DNA of 63,828 nt, filler included, from Octopus bimaculoides (taxonomy: Eukaryota), in assembly GCF_001194135.2 (NCBI RefSeq). It is 5 parts of 5 records of this genome, joined end to end, with 100 filler letters (N's around TTAATTAATTAA, not from the genome) between each part and the next. Parts side by side here need not be neighbours in the genome. Positions count along the whole stretch, not along the records: positions 38,948 to 51,032 come from NC_068994.1; positions 51,133 to 61,143 come from NC_068983.1; positions 61,244 to 63,828 come from NC_068996.1; 2 more parts are not named here. The stretch is one strand, 5' to 3'. Positions 49,714 through 62,694 of this stretch are shown here, one piece after another. Position 1 is the first letter of the stretch, and every line of letters begins with the position of its first letter. The position numbers were made by a program, and so were the translations under genes. The notes under the pieces are model-generated. The model searched no databases. It was not told the origin of the DNA and saw only the letters and a program-made list of their open reading frames with translations.

Positions 49714-51032
49714 GTTTAACGTCCGCTTTCCATGCTAGCACAGGTTGGACGATTTGACTGAGGACTGGTGAAACTGGATGGCAACACCAGGCTCCAATCT
49801 AAATTTGGCAGAGTTTCTACAGCTGGATGCCNNNNNNNNNNNNNNNNNNNNNNNNNNNNNNNNNNNNNNNNNNNNNNNNNNNNNNNNNNNNNNNNNNNNN
49901 NNNNNNNNNNNNNNNNNNNNNNNNNNNNNNNNNNNNNNNNNNNNNNNNNNNNNNNNNNNNNNNNNNNNNNNNNNNNNNNNNNNNNNNNNNNNNNNNNNNN
50001 NNNNNNNNNNNNNNNNNNNNNNNNNNNNNNNNNNNNNNNNNNNNNNNNNNNNNNNNNNNNNNNNNNNNNNNNNNNNNNNNNNNNNNNNNNNNNNNNNNNN
50101 NNNNNNNNNNNNNNNNNNNNNNNNNNNNNNNNNNNNNNNNNNNNNNNNNNNNNNNNNNNNNNNNNNNNNNNNNNNNNNNNNNNNNNNNNNNNNNNNNNNN
50201 NNNNNNNNNNNNNNNNNNNNNNNNNNNNNNNNNNNNNNNNNNNNNNNNNNNNNNNNNNNNNNNNNNNNNNNNNNNNNNNNNNNNNNNNNNNNNNNNNNNN
50301 NNNNNNNNNNNNNNNNNNNNNNNNNNNNNNNNNNNNNNNNNNNNNNNNNNNNNNNNNGTCTCGGTCAGTAGTCATCGCCTATGAGGTCTTGCCTCACCAC
50401 CTCAGCCCAGGTCTTCCTGGGCCTACCTCTTCCACGGGTTCCCTCAACTGTTAGGGTGTGGCACTTTTTCAGGCAGCTATCCTCATCCATTCTCACCACA
50501 TGTCCATACCAGCGTAATCGTCTCTCTTGCACACCACAACTGATGCTTCTAATGTTCAGCTTTTCTCTCAAGATACTTACACTCTGACGGGTATTCACAT
50601 TGACATTACACATCCAACGGAGCATACTGGCTTCATTCCTTGCGAGCTTACGCATGTCCTCAGCAGTTACAGCCCATTTTTTTATGTGTCCATAGCATGG
50701 CTGTTCGTACACATGCGTCATACAGTCTGCCTTTTACTCTGAGTGAGAGACCCTTTGTCGCCAGCAGAGGTAAGAGCTCTCTAAACTTTGCCCAGGCTAT
50801 TCTTATTCTAGCAGCTACACTTTCAGCGCACCCACCCCCACTACTAACTTGGTCGCCCAGATAGCGGAAGCTATCGACTACCTCTAGTTTTTCACCCTGG
50901 AATGAGATAGAAGTTGTTTCCTGTTTGTTTACAGTCTTTATTGCACCTGAACATCTGCCACATACAAAAACTAACTTCCTAGTTAACCTGCCTTTGATGT
51001 TGCTGCACCTCTTATGTGTCCATAGCATGGCT
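49678..51032 (-). mobile_element. Young 5'-truncated RTE LINE spanning a gap
   Basis: ORFs 50660-51028 and 50365-50721 (FRYLGD, AKFRELLPLL, ERRLRWYGHV, GRGRPRKTW) plus tail. Confidence 0.93.
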
Positions 51033-51155
51033 NNNNNNNNNNNNNNNNNNNNNNNNNNNNNNNNNNNNNNNNNNNNTTAATTAATTAANNNNNNNNNNNN
51101 NNNNNNNNNNNNNNNNNNNNNNNNNNNNNNNNTATTATATATGTATGTATGTATG

Positions 51156-51187
<32 letters not shown>

Positions 51188-51447
51188 TGTATGTATGTAT
51201 GTATGTATGTATGTATGTATGTATGTGTGTATGTATGTATGTATATACAATTCAACTCTTCAGAAATCGCTCCGGGAAGCAAATTCAAAACAAACTTTAA
51301 CAAATTAAAATGGCATTTAAATTAATTAATAGACATTTTGAAAAACTCCAACGTGTTTTCTCTTCAACACCAACAACCACCAACAACCACCATCACCACC
51401 ACCATAGCAACAACAACAACCACGGCAACAACAACAANNNNNNNNNN

Positions 51448-51471
51448 CATAGCAACAACAACAACCACGGC

Positions 51472-51503
<32 letters not shown>

Positions 51504-52036
51504 CCACAGCAGGACCAACTGACCCAGCCTCAACATTTAACACTCCTTAATATAACCACAATTGATGATCTACTTAATGAAACGGTCAACTTCTCAGATT
51601 CCAACTGTTCGCAGCCCCATTCAACCAGAGTTTGTTGCCCACCCATCAAATCATCAACAGCAGCAACATTATCAGCAACAAGAATCATAACAACATCAAC
51701 ATATACAGCTATAACAACCACATCAAAAACAGCAACAGACACAGCTCCAACCTACTACCATCCCAATTTGTGATCAACCAACTAAACGCTTACTTGAAGA
51801 CGCTTTAATGAATTTACCAAACACAAATGTACACAAATTAAAATCTATGCTTCTCAAAGCCTACACACGAAACCCCCAAATATGTCGCTATTCACTACGC
51901 AAGAGGCTGTGCACTGGCACTGATTGAAAATTCACTCATTTACCAGGGACTAGACGCTCAATTCCTGCTCGCAACAGTCGCTATCATCAAAGTGCACAAT
52001 CTAAAACAACGCCGCCACCACTCACCCCCCTCATAA
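51448..52036 (+). pseudogene. Frameshifted Q-rich ORF relic of unknown family
   Basis: Poly-Q then TKRLLEDALMNLPNTNVHKLKSMLLKAY and VAIHYARGCALALIENSLIYQGLDAQFLLATVAIIKVHNL across frames. Confidence 0.3.
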
Positions 52037-52404
52037 AATACTAAATCAAATTTGAAAAAGAACACTCCTGTTACACGGAACCCTGGAGTCTGCCGCTATT
52101 CCAAGCGTAACAGATTGTATTTGTCCATTTACCTATCTCCCGAGGACTCGTCGCACAAATAAAAATATAAACGGGACCCCTAACCAATACAAAAGCCACA
52201 ACCACAGCCTTCAAATAATTCTGTAGATAAAGACGTAAAAGGGAAATCTAAAAGCTAATCCCAAATCTATAAGAAGAGAATAAGAGCCCAAGAAGGCTCT
52301 CTACTCCTTTTCTTTCTGACGCTGATACTTTTAACCATTTTGTTGAACCACCGAGCTGCACCTCGGATACAAAAGTTATAGGAGAAAGATTAACCAATCA
52401 ACGT

Positions 52405-52620
52405 TTTCGCGGTTTCGATTCCCAGACCGGGCGTTGTGAGTGTTTATTGAGCGAAAACAGCTAAAGCTCCACGAGACTCCGGCAGGGCGGGTGGTTCCCC
52501 CTCTTGTACTCTTTCGCCCAAACTTTCTCTCACTCTTTCATCCTGTTTCTTGAGTAACGTTGCAATGGACTGGCGTTCCGTCTACCTGGGGGGAACTGGC
52601 TAGGCTTTAGAAGGGCGCAA
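52405..52620 (+). mobile_element. SINE family F (inverted partner at 53560-53725)
   Basis: B-box ggtttcgattccc, body tgtttattgagcgaaaac, gactggcgt.ccgtc. Confidence 0.7.
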
Positions 52621-52737
52621 AGAATATTTCTATCATCAGTTGCCTAACAGATAACACAAATATAAGAAAATATAGATTTTAGAAATAGCATTTTTGCTTG
52701 TTGCAAAATCTGCGACTGTGTGTTCACTTGAAATATA

Positions 52738-52988
52738 TATTGGGTTGGTGCATAATTTTGTGGCTCTTTTTCAACAAATTTTATTCAACAAAAACAATAA
52801 CATGTAACGAAAACATCTTTAAATGATTATTCCGGAGCATATTCACCATCTACTTCAATTACTGCTTCCCATTTGCTTGGTAGACGGCCAGACCATCATT
52901 TAAAGATATTTTTGTTAAATATTGTTATTGCTTTTGTTGAATAAAATTTGTTGAAAAGAAGCCGCAATAATTACGCACCAATTCAATA
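52738..52988. mobile_element. Mariner-derived foldback MITE
   Basis: About 90-bp inverted arms starting tattgggttggtgcataat; centre encodes RLPSKWEAVIEVDGEYAPE* on the - strand. Confidence 0.82.
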
Positions 52989-54629
52989 TATTGCGAGCAG
53001 AGATGAGCTACTGCTATTTCTAGCAGACGAGCTGCCCAATATTTGAAGAGTAGCTGAAATAGCCCGAAACCAGGACTGGTCTGCTGGTCCCGTAGCTAGA
53101 ATATGGTAAGGGTTCGCTCCCCTGCTCGCAATTTATCGGATGCATCGTTAACCGGCTAGAGGAGATATCTTCTTGGGGGTTAAAGAATCGCAGTAGAGTC
53201 CGTTCGAACGGACAGCCATGTTGGATATGAATATTACAAGTGGATATGAATATTACAAGTTAGAAGAAATTTTATTTTCTTATAATTATTGTACTCTATC
53301 TATTTCATTAATTCTTCGTTGTAACGAAGTTTGTACTTCATCTAGCAATCGTTTTTTAAAAATATTATGTTGTTGTTGGCACTCCCTCGCTTTCGACGTC
53401 AGGGGTTCCTGTTGATCCGATCAACGGAACAGCCTGCTCGTGAAATTAACGTGCAAGTGACTGAGCACTCCACAGACACGTGCATCCTTAACGTAGTTCT
53501 CGGGGATATTCAGCGTGACACAGTGTGACAAGGCTGACCCTTTGAATTACAGGCGCAACAGGAAGTAAGAGAAAGTTGTGGTGAAAAAGTACAACAGGGG
53601 TCGCTACCATCCGCTGCCGGAGCCTCGTGGAACTTTAGGTGTTTTCGCTCAATAAACACTTGCAACGCCCGGTCTGGGAATCGAAACCGCGATCCTACAA
53701 CCGCGAGTCCGCTGCACCTCCACTTAAAAATATTAATGCACATTACATTGTCTAGTAGAGTAAAACATATCGCTTGTTGATTTCATATCTTAAGGGGAAA
53801 TGTTCTTTAAATTTCAGTTACGTTTTTTTTTTGGTTAATTTTGCTTTAAATATTCCTTTTACATACATTGGAAACAATGGTTGAAAAAATAGTAACTTTC
53901 AATTTTATCCATGTGTTTTCTATCGCTGAAAATTACAATACAACTCCTGTTGGTATTATTGCAATTTCTAGGAATTCATTCTCTTCTTTAACCTCTTTGT
54001 GTTTTTAATAATATTATTATTATCAACGACATAAAACCACAACGATTAACATGTAAGAACATTATACAGTAGTCCTTGTGTTTTTCTATAGATTTCAGTA
54101 TTGTAGTTCCTGTATTTCTCCATAGCTTCTTTGTTTCCTAATCTTTTATTATCAGCTACATAAAAATCTACATTGATCAATTTATATGAATGTAATATTG
54201 TAGTCCATGTGTTTCTCCATATATTTTAAACAACACCACTTGAATTATAACAACAGAGTATTGTGATTGTTGTCTTACTGTTTTATCTAACATTTAAGAC
54301 CTACAATAATTGGATTATAATAATGTAATGATACGGTCTTTGTTTCTTCTTAACCGCAAACAACACTTGAGTTGTGACAATTTGAAACTGTAGTTTGTGG
54401 TTTCAGCAAAGCGTTTTAACAACAACACTATTATAATCGTATTAAAACGACGTGATATTATGGACTCTGAAATTCTCGATGTCTATTAAACCAGAATGAT
54501 TGTTTTATAATAACTTTGTATTGCCGTGTGTTGTTTTTCTATTTAAATCTCAATAGCTTCTAAAATTCAACTTTTCACTTAAAACAGATCATTTCTCATA
54601 TTAAATTTATTTTTATATTAAATTAAGTA

Positions 54630-54950
54630 CCTGGAGTAATGTTACTTGACAAAGGTGCCTAAGTCGGAGATCACGGAGTCTCCCCAGGTCGAGCTGCTAC
54701 TTCGTATTGAGAGATCATAACTTCGATACTATGGACATGTAATTAGAATATCGCAGGAAAGAATCGCAAAACGTATTCTTCAAACCGAGCCAAACGGCAA
54801 GAGACCTAGGAATAGACCAAAAACGAAAAGACTGGATAATATCCGTAGTCTCAACCGCTCACACTTGGAAATCCAAGCGGAAAGTGTAATGATGGTTGTT
54901 TCTGATAGGACCCTATGAGGAAGATGTCTGAGGAATCAACCGTCCCAGGA
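54630..54950 (+). mobile_element. Second RTE subfamily, ORF2 C-terminal fragment
   Basis: LLLRIERS*LRYYGHVIRISQERIAKRILQTEPNGKRPRNRP. Confidence 0.8.
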
Positions 54951-55204
54951 ATAGTGGGTGGGAATTGGAGGAAGAGGTGAATGGATGGATCAAATTCATC
55001 ACCACGCGTTCTTGCTTTTTGTTAAACAAATCACAGGTATGCTTTGTAGTTAAGAAACTCACTTTGCAATCATGTGGTTTCAGGTTCAGCCCTACTGCAC
55101 CGACACCTTGGGTGTCTTCAACTATTTCCCCAAACCAAGTAATGCCTTTTGAGTGAATTTGGTAGACAGAAATTGCATGGAATCCCGTCCAAAATGTGTG
55201 GATG

Positions 55205-55740
55205 GGCGCGGTATTTCGCCTGTCTTTACGTTCTGAGTTTAAATTCCACCGAGATCGACTTTGTTTTCATCCTTTCAGGGTCAATAAATTAAGTACCAGT
55301 TGCGTACTGGGTCGATCTAATCGACTGGCCCCCTCCACAAAAATTTCGGGCCTTGTGCTTAGAGTAGAAAAGAAAAAAGAATGTGTGGAGGGGATGTAGG
55401 TGTGTGTGTGTATGCATGCGTGTGTACGTATGTGTGTGTGTGTGTGCCTGTGTGTAGGTGAGTGTGTGAGTGTATGTGTGTGTAGGTGTGCGTTTATGAG
55501 TGCGTGTTTGTGTGTATGTGTTTGTGTGTGTTCGCATGCGTCTGTGTGTGTGTGCTTCTTGGTGTTTGTGTTGAGCTCCCTTGCTTGACAACTGATGTTG
55601 ATTTAGAACATCCACGAAAATAACGGTTCGTCAAAAGAAGACCGAATAATTATGATACATTAAAAAAAATTACTGAAGTCGATTTGTTCGACTAAACCCT
55701 TCAAGAAGGTGTTCCAGCATGGCCGCAGTCTAAAGATAAA
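55205..55740 (+). mobile_element. SINE A (55205-55370) and SINE C 3' fragment (55575-55740)
   Basis: Family homology. Confidence 0.75.
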
Positions 55741-55872
55741 CAGATGCAAAAATGATATCCTGTGTAAATTTTTTTTAAAAGCTTACAAATTCCCACACCT
55801 TACAATACACGCACAGACTCACGTACGCGATCGCTTGATCTTTCACGCCCACAGAAGAGAGAGGGAGAGAGA

Positions 55873-55950
<78 letters not shown>

Positions 55951-56159
55951 AAGCATAATTCTATACAAATGCCCTCACACACACACACACACACGTGCAC
56001 ACATGCACACAACCACATACACACACTTGCACACATAACTCACACTAAAATTTAAAATTAATAGGCAATATTTATACCCTACTTAAAAGTGGATTTTGTG
56101 TTAGAATACAAAATACTGCGATAGGTACCACGAGAGAAATTCTCATATTGGCTGAGGGC

Positions 56160-57119
56160 CGTAGGTTGCCCATGCATTATTTAAACGTTCTTGCATAGAA
56201 ATTGTTTCTTCGCAGTGGTAGATGGGAAAAACTGTGTAATTTGGTTTATGTTACCTGTACATCTCTCTATGTGTTCACCGAAAGAAATCTGTTTATATTG
56301 TGGGAAATGGATCTCTTCCTTATGTAGTGTGATTCTCCGTCTCATTATCATACTTGTAAGTCCTATATAGTTTATGTCAACAACCTGTGTAACTTATAAC
56401 ATAAATTAGATTCTCGGGAGGACAAGTGAAGTTCGTTTTAATTATGAACGCCTCTCCTTGTTTGAATAGGAATTTCGAGCCTTCCAGTCGGTTGAGGCAT
56501 ATTCCACAGTTTGGGCGTTCACATTTTTAACCGTTGGTTTCGTGGTGTGTAGAGCTTCGCATTTGTTAGAAGTTTTTTCCTCAATCTGTGTTGCTTTTTG
56601 CATTTCATGAATTTATGTGTTTTCAGAACGTTGTTCATTATTGCATTTCTAGTGAGAATAGGTAGATTTTGCACAATAGTGTTGTATGCTTCATTATTTC
56701 TAGGATTGTGAGTTTATATATACAGTAGCGTATTGAAATGAGGTGTGGTGCTACGTTTTGTTGCCTTTTGTGCTTTAATGTGTAATTTCTTGGCATGCTT
56801 AATTCCATCTTCTATAAGTGAGGGTGGATATTGTCTTTCAGCTAGTGTTATTCTGAGGTCTTGAAGACGAAGGTCCCGAGTAGTTCTATCAGGCACTGTT
56901 GTACAAATTCTTTCTGCTAAATTAATGGGGATATTTCTTTTGATGTGTTTCGGGTGACATGAGCTAACCAGGAGGTATTGCTTCGAGTCCGTTGGTTTAT
57001 GATAAATGTCAGTTATAATTTGGTCCTTTTTTTATCATAATATCCGAGAAAGGGAGCTGTTCTTTGCTATATTCAATTGTGAATTGAACGTTAGGATTTA
57101 TATTATTTAGTATTGATTT
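56160..57119 (-). mobile_element. Decayed Penelope-like element: RT thumb plus GIY-YIG endonuclease
   Basis: QFTIEYSKEQLPFL, DIYHKPTDSKQYL..SCHPKHIKRNIP, CERPNCGIC, NLIYVIS..GC..NYIGLT..RRRITLHK. Confidence 0.9.
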
Positions 57120-57658
57120 GAAAAATACACACACACACACACACNNNNNNNNNNNNNNNNNNNNNNNNNNNNNNNNNNNNNNNNNNNNNNNNNNNNNNNN
57201 NNNNNNNNNNNNNNNNNNNNNNNNNNNNNNNNNNNNNNNNNNNNNNNNNNNNNNNNNNNNNNNNNNNNNNNNNNNNNNNNNNNNNNNNNNNNNNNNNNNN
57301 NNNNNNNNNNNNNNNNNNNNNNNNNNNNNNNNNNNNNNNNNNNNNNNNNNNNNNNNNNNNNNNNNNNNNNNNNNNNNNNNNNNNNNNNNNNNNNNNNNNN
57401 NNNNNNNNNNNNNNNNNNNNNNNNNNNNNNNNNNNNNNNNNNNNNNNNNNNNNNNNNNNNNNNNNNNNNNNNNNNNNNNNNNNNNNNNNNNNNNNNNNNN
57501 NNNNNNNNNNNNNNNNNNNNNNNNNNNNNNNNNNNNNNNNNNNNNNNNNNNNNNNNNNNNNNNNNNNNNNNNNNNNNNNNNNNNNNNNNNNNNNNNNNNN
57601 NNNNNNNNNNNNNNNNNNNNNNNNNNNNNNNNNNNNNNNNNNNNNNNNNNNNNNNNNN

Positions 57659-57694
<36 letters not shown>

Positions 57695-58069
57695 ATCTAT
57701 CTATATATATATATATGTATGTATACATCTGCACAAATGTATATATATAAATGTACATATATGCATATACATGAATATATATATCTATATATAGATGTAT
57801 ATATATATACATGCATATATATAGATGTATATGTATATATGTATATGTATAGCTGTAATGCATAGCTGTATATGTATTGATGTATATATATATATAGATA
57901 TAGATGTATATGTATACATGCATATGTGTAGCTGTCTATATATATATATGTACATGTATATATATATAGATGTACATGTAATAAGTACACATATATATAC
58001 ACATATATACATGCATACATATATACACTCATACACACACACACATATACACACACACATACATAGGTG

Positions 58070-58330
58070 CAGATGTGGCTGTGTGGTAAGAAACTTGGTT
58101 CCAAAACACAGGGTCCTAAGTTCAGTCCCACTGTGTGGTGACTTGGCATGTGTCTTCTGCTATAGCCTCAGACCAACCAAAGCCTTGTGAGTGGATTTTG
58201 GAGACTGAAACTGAAAGAAATCAATCGTATATATATGTATGTATAAATGTAAGTGTGTGTCTTTGTCTCTGTGTTTCTCCCTCATCACTGCTTCACAACT
58301 GCTGTTCGTTTATTTACATCCCCATAACTT
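58070..58330 (+). mobile_element. SINE family C (also 63468-63705)
   Basis: Family homology. Confidence 0.8.
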
Positions 58331-58419
58331 ACTGGTTTGACAAGAAGAAACTGATAGAAATTTGGAACACAAAATCCAAGCCTAGGGAGAAGGGTGATGC
58401 TGTGTGTTTCTGACAATTT

Positions 58420-58925
58420 CATGGGCCAAAATTACTGAATGGATCCTTATGATATTTGGAACTTAGATTCAATGCATAAGGGCAGGTATAATGCAATATG
58501 TTTGCTTTGAATTTGAGATGGCTTAAAGGGGGAAGAACCCACATGAAAATTCATACATTTTCGATGTTGATGAAATTTCAACCATGGGTAATTGACACAC
58601 ATCAAGATATATTCTCAAACTGTCCACTTCTCATGAGAATTCTAAGACCTCCTAATGGGGGCCTTAACTCCCAAATTTTAGTCATTTTTTATGATCCAAA
58701 ACTAGGTCAAAAGTACTGAATGAATCTTTACGAAATTTAGTAATTATATTCTATGCATAAGGGCCATAACGCCCATGAAAATTCATATATTTTTGCGGTT
58801 GATGAAATTTTAACCATAGATATTAGACACAAATGAAGTAATATTTCTAAAATTTCATCTTCTTAGAAGTTAGAAAGACCTCTTCATGGGGACATAACAC
58901 CCACAATTTAGTCATTTTATCGAAG
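58420..58925. repeat. Two diverged tandem units of ~220-285 bp
   Basis: Shared aaaa(t/g)tactgaatg, tgcataagggc, catgaaaattcata, gttgatgaaattt, aagacctc and tttagtcatttt blocks; related piece near 59600-59720. Confidence 0.7.
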
Positions 58926-60817
58926 CAAAGACAAATACAGTTGTACTCTTGTAAGCTGTAGAGTCACCCGAGCACAAAAGACGAGTGTTATTTGTAATTC
59001 AATGGTACAACAATGTAAGAGTTGCTTTGAGATATACTTACATTGTGATTTCTGCAATGTGGTGCATAAATTATCAAGTAAAGGAGAGGCATTCTTGCCT
59101 CCATTGATTCAGTTGCAAAGTGTTGAGTAAAGTTATTTCCTTGCAGACCTCCTTTGAGTCTTTTTATTATCACTGGGTCACACATAGTCCCCAGGTGGTA
59201 ACATTGATTTCAAGGCCTTCCCAGATGAGTGACTGGTTATTCAAAGACATTTATAGATTGGAAATTTATTCTGTCCAGTTACCTATCGGTATAGTGGTCA
59301 GTTGCAAACTCCAGAGGTGATATTTTCATTTCCCCTTAGCCCTCACGTCACACAGTTGTTAAGGTTTATTTCAGTTGGGTCACGCTTTTCCAATTGCTAT
59401 AGATCCGTAATGCATCTTACAGCTGTGCCTGTCACCTGTATGGGGAGGAATTCTACATTGGAGAGTAGTAACGACTAGGGTAGGCTAGCTGACTGCTTAT
59501 TGTGATCATTTGATTTTTGGTTTCCTGTAGCTTTGTTCTCTTTTACAAACCCAGTGAACATACATATATTTCCTATTTCAAAGAAATTCAAACAATAGAT
59601 ATAACACCCAAGTCAAAAAGATTCTCAACAATTCAACTTCCCTGGTTGACATTAAGACACCCACCCCCAATAAGGGCCTTAAGTCCCACATTTTAGAACT
59701 CCATGAGCTCCATTTTTCAGGAGCAAAATCCTTTTAACAGCTTCCAAAAGACTGGAATTTTGGAATTTGCGCATAAAGATCAGTAGTATGGGATACATGT
59801 GTCAAGATTAGAATTTTTTACGGTGTGTAAAGAGGGAAAAAAACCCTCATGTGCAATTCTGATGAAATTCAAATCATAGGTCTTCCAGTTCATTACAGAT
59901 ATCTGAAAAGATGCCGGCGTGGGTTTCCGCCCCAACATCCGAAACTCGGAATTTTATCATGGTTACCGAATAATTGTCACATATATTTACACACACACAT
60001 ATATAAATAAATAAATTTTAAANNNNNNNNNNNNNNNNNNNNNNNNNNNNNNNNNNNNNNNNNNNNNNNNNNNNNNNNNNNNNNNNNNNNNNNNNNNNNN
60101 NNNNNNNNNNNNNNNNNNNNNNNNNNNNNNNNNNNNNNNNNNNNNNNNNNNNNNNNNNNNNNNNNNNNNNNNNNNNNNNNNNNNNNNNNNNNNNNNNNNN
60201 NNNNNNNNNNNNNNNNNNNNNNNNNNNNNNNNNNNNNNNNNNNNNNNNNNNNNNNNNNNNNNNNNNNNNNNNNNNNNNNNNNNNNNNNNNNNNNNNNNNN
60301 NNNNNNNNNNNNNNNNNNNNNNNNNNNNNNNNNNNNNNNNNNNNNNNNNNNNNNNNNNNNNNNNNNNNNNNNNNNNNNNNNNNNNNNNNNNNNNNNNNNN
60401 NNNNNNNNNNNNNNNNNNNNNNNNNNNNNNNNNNNNNNNNNNNNNNNNNNNNNNNNNNNNNNNNNNNNNNNNNNNNNNNNNNNNNNNNNNNNNNNNNNNN
60501 NNNNNNNNNNNNNNNNNNNNNNNNNNNNNNNNNNNNNNNNNNNNNNNNNNNNNNNNNNNNNNNNNNNNNNNNNNNNNNNNNNNNNNNNNNNNNNNNNNNN
60601 NNNNNNNNNNNNNNNNNNNNNNNNNNNNNNNNNNNNNNNNNNNNNNNNNNNNNNNNNNNNNNNNNNNNNNNNNNNNNNNNNNNNNNNNNNNNNNNNNNNN
60701 NNNNNNNNNNNNNNNNNNNNNNNNNNNNNNNNNNNNNNNNNNNNNNNNNNNNNNNNNNNNNNNNNNNNNNNNNNNNNNNNNNNNNNNNNNNNNNNNNNNN
60801 NNNNNNNNNNNNNNNNT

Positions 60818-61143
60818 GCTCTCCCCGCTACCGCCACCAGCCTCATCGTCCGCACACCCCGCACCTCCTCCATCTACTTCCTTCCCAAGATCTACAAACC
60901 TAACAACCCTGGCCGCCCCATTGTCTCTGCTTGCAATTGCCCCACCGAACTCATTTCAAAATACCTCGACCATATCCTATCCCCGTTAGTTACTGCCCTC
61001 CCATCCCACATATATGACACCAACCACGCCCTTCGCCTCTTCAATTCCTTTTCTTTCCCTCCCGGTCCCTCACACCTCCTCTTCACCCTGGACATCAAAT
61101 CCCTATACACCGTGATTCCACACAACGATGGTCTCTCAGCCCT
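60818..61143 (+). mobile_element. Penelope-like RT fragment, open frame between two gaps
   Basis: 108 codons without a stop: IYFLPKIYKPNNPGRPIVSACNCPTELISKYLDHIL..DTNH..LFTLDIKSLYTVIPHNDGL. Confidence 0.92.
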
Positions 61144-61243
61144 NNNNNNNNNNNNNNNNNNNNNNNNNNNNNNNNNNNNNNNNNNNNTTAATTAATTAAN
61201 NNNNNNNNNNNNNNNNNNNNNNNNNNNNNNNNNNNNNNNNNNN

Positions 61244-61278
<35 letters not shown>

Positions 61279-61573
61279 AAGTGATACAAAGCTGAAAAAT
61301 AAAACAAAAAAACTGTAAAATCTTTATATTTTTCAAGATTTCTTCTGAAAATTTTTAGCAGTTAAATAAATGGTAAATAATTTTAGTTCAATTTAAGCAT
61401 ACTTTTGCTGTTGTTTTCGTTTTATCTTAGTTATTTTAGGGGGCGGGGAGTGGGGGAACGCTGTTGTTTTTTAATATTATTTTCTGTTTATATTCAACTG
61501 CTAAGTTTTTAAAATATTCATAACTAGTTCAATATCACACTACTGCTCATACACCTGCCCTCACGTCCCTTCA

Positions 61574-61686
<113 letters not shown>

Positions 61687-61937
61687 ACAGACTTCCTACA
61701 TATAACATGAGTACATACATACATACATACGTACATACATACAAACAAACCAACATACACAAGCTCGCACAAACATGTAATACAAGCTTACACAGATTGA
61801 AATATAAGACATATATTCGACTAATAAATCTCTATCTGTTCATATGTGCTTGTGTGTGTGTGTGTGTGTAGTTATGAATGTGTGTATTATGTATATGTAT
61901 AAATATACATATATACATACATATATATATATACGCG

Positions 61938-61987
<50 letters not shown>

Positions 61988-62148
61988 NNNNNNNNNNNNN
62001 NNNNNNNNNNNNNNNNNNNNNNNNNNNNNNNNNNNNNNNNNNNNNNNNNNNNNNNNNNNNNTGTGTGTGTGTGTGTGTGTAGTTATGAATGTGTGTATTA
62101 TGTATATGTATAAATATACATATATACATACATATATATATATACGCG

Positions 62149-62187
<39 letters not shown>

Positions 62188-62278
62188 TGGCACTCCGTTG
62201 GTTACAACGACGAGGGTTCCAGTTGATCCGATCAACGGAACAGCCTACTCGTGAAATTAACGTGCGTTCGATCGTGTG

Positions 62279-62611
62279 ATACAAACAATATATGAGTATA
62301 TGCATATATATGTACATGTATGTACATACCTTCATCTACATGTACATATAGATACATATCTGGGTACATGACGTCGCAAAAAAAACATGGACAAAATGAT
62401 AAACAAGGTGAAACGCCAGTGTTTTAATGGTGGCAACTGATGAAGGATATGTTCTCTATGTGACCTGTTTGTTTTTTCTACCTTGTTTTTCATTTTGTCC
62501 ATGTTTTTTTTGCAACGTCATGTACCCAGATATGTATCTATATGTACATGTAGATGAAGGTATGTACATACATGTACATATATATGCATATACTCATATA
62601 TTGTTTGTATA
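62279..62611. repeat. Near-perfect ~130-bp inverted repeat of the pLTR-like family
   Basis: 62279-62408 versus 62481-62611, ~72-nt spacer. Confidence 0.9.
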
Positions 62612-62660
62612 TATATATATATATATATATATACACGAATATATATGTGTTTATATATAT

Positions 62661-62694
<34 letters not shown>

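Noticed and set aside
59120-59320. Candidate exon(s) near 59.0-59.3 kb on either strand
   Set aside because: Splice-like signals exist, but there is no recognisable protein and no phase-consistent partner
61850-62180. Identical ~125-bp blocks either side of a gap
   Set aside because: Typical unmerged contig overlap, an assembly artefact
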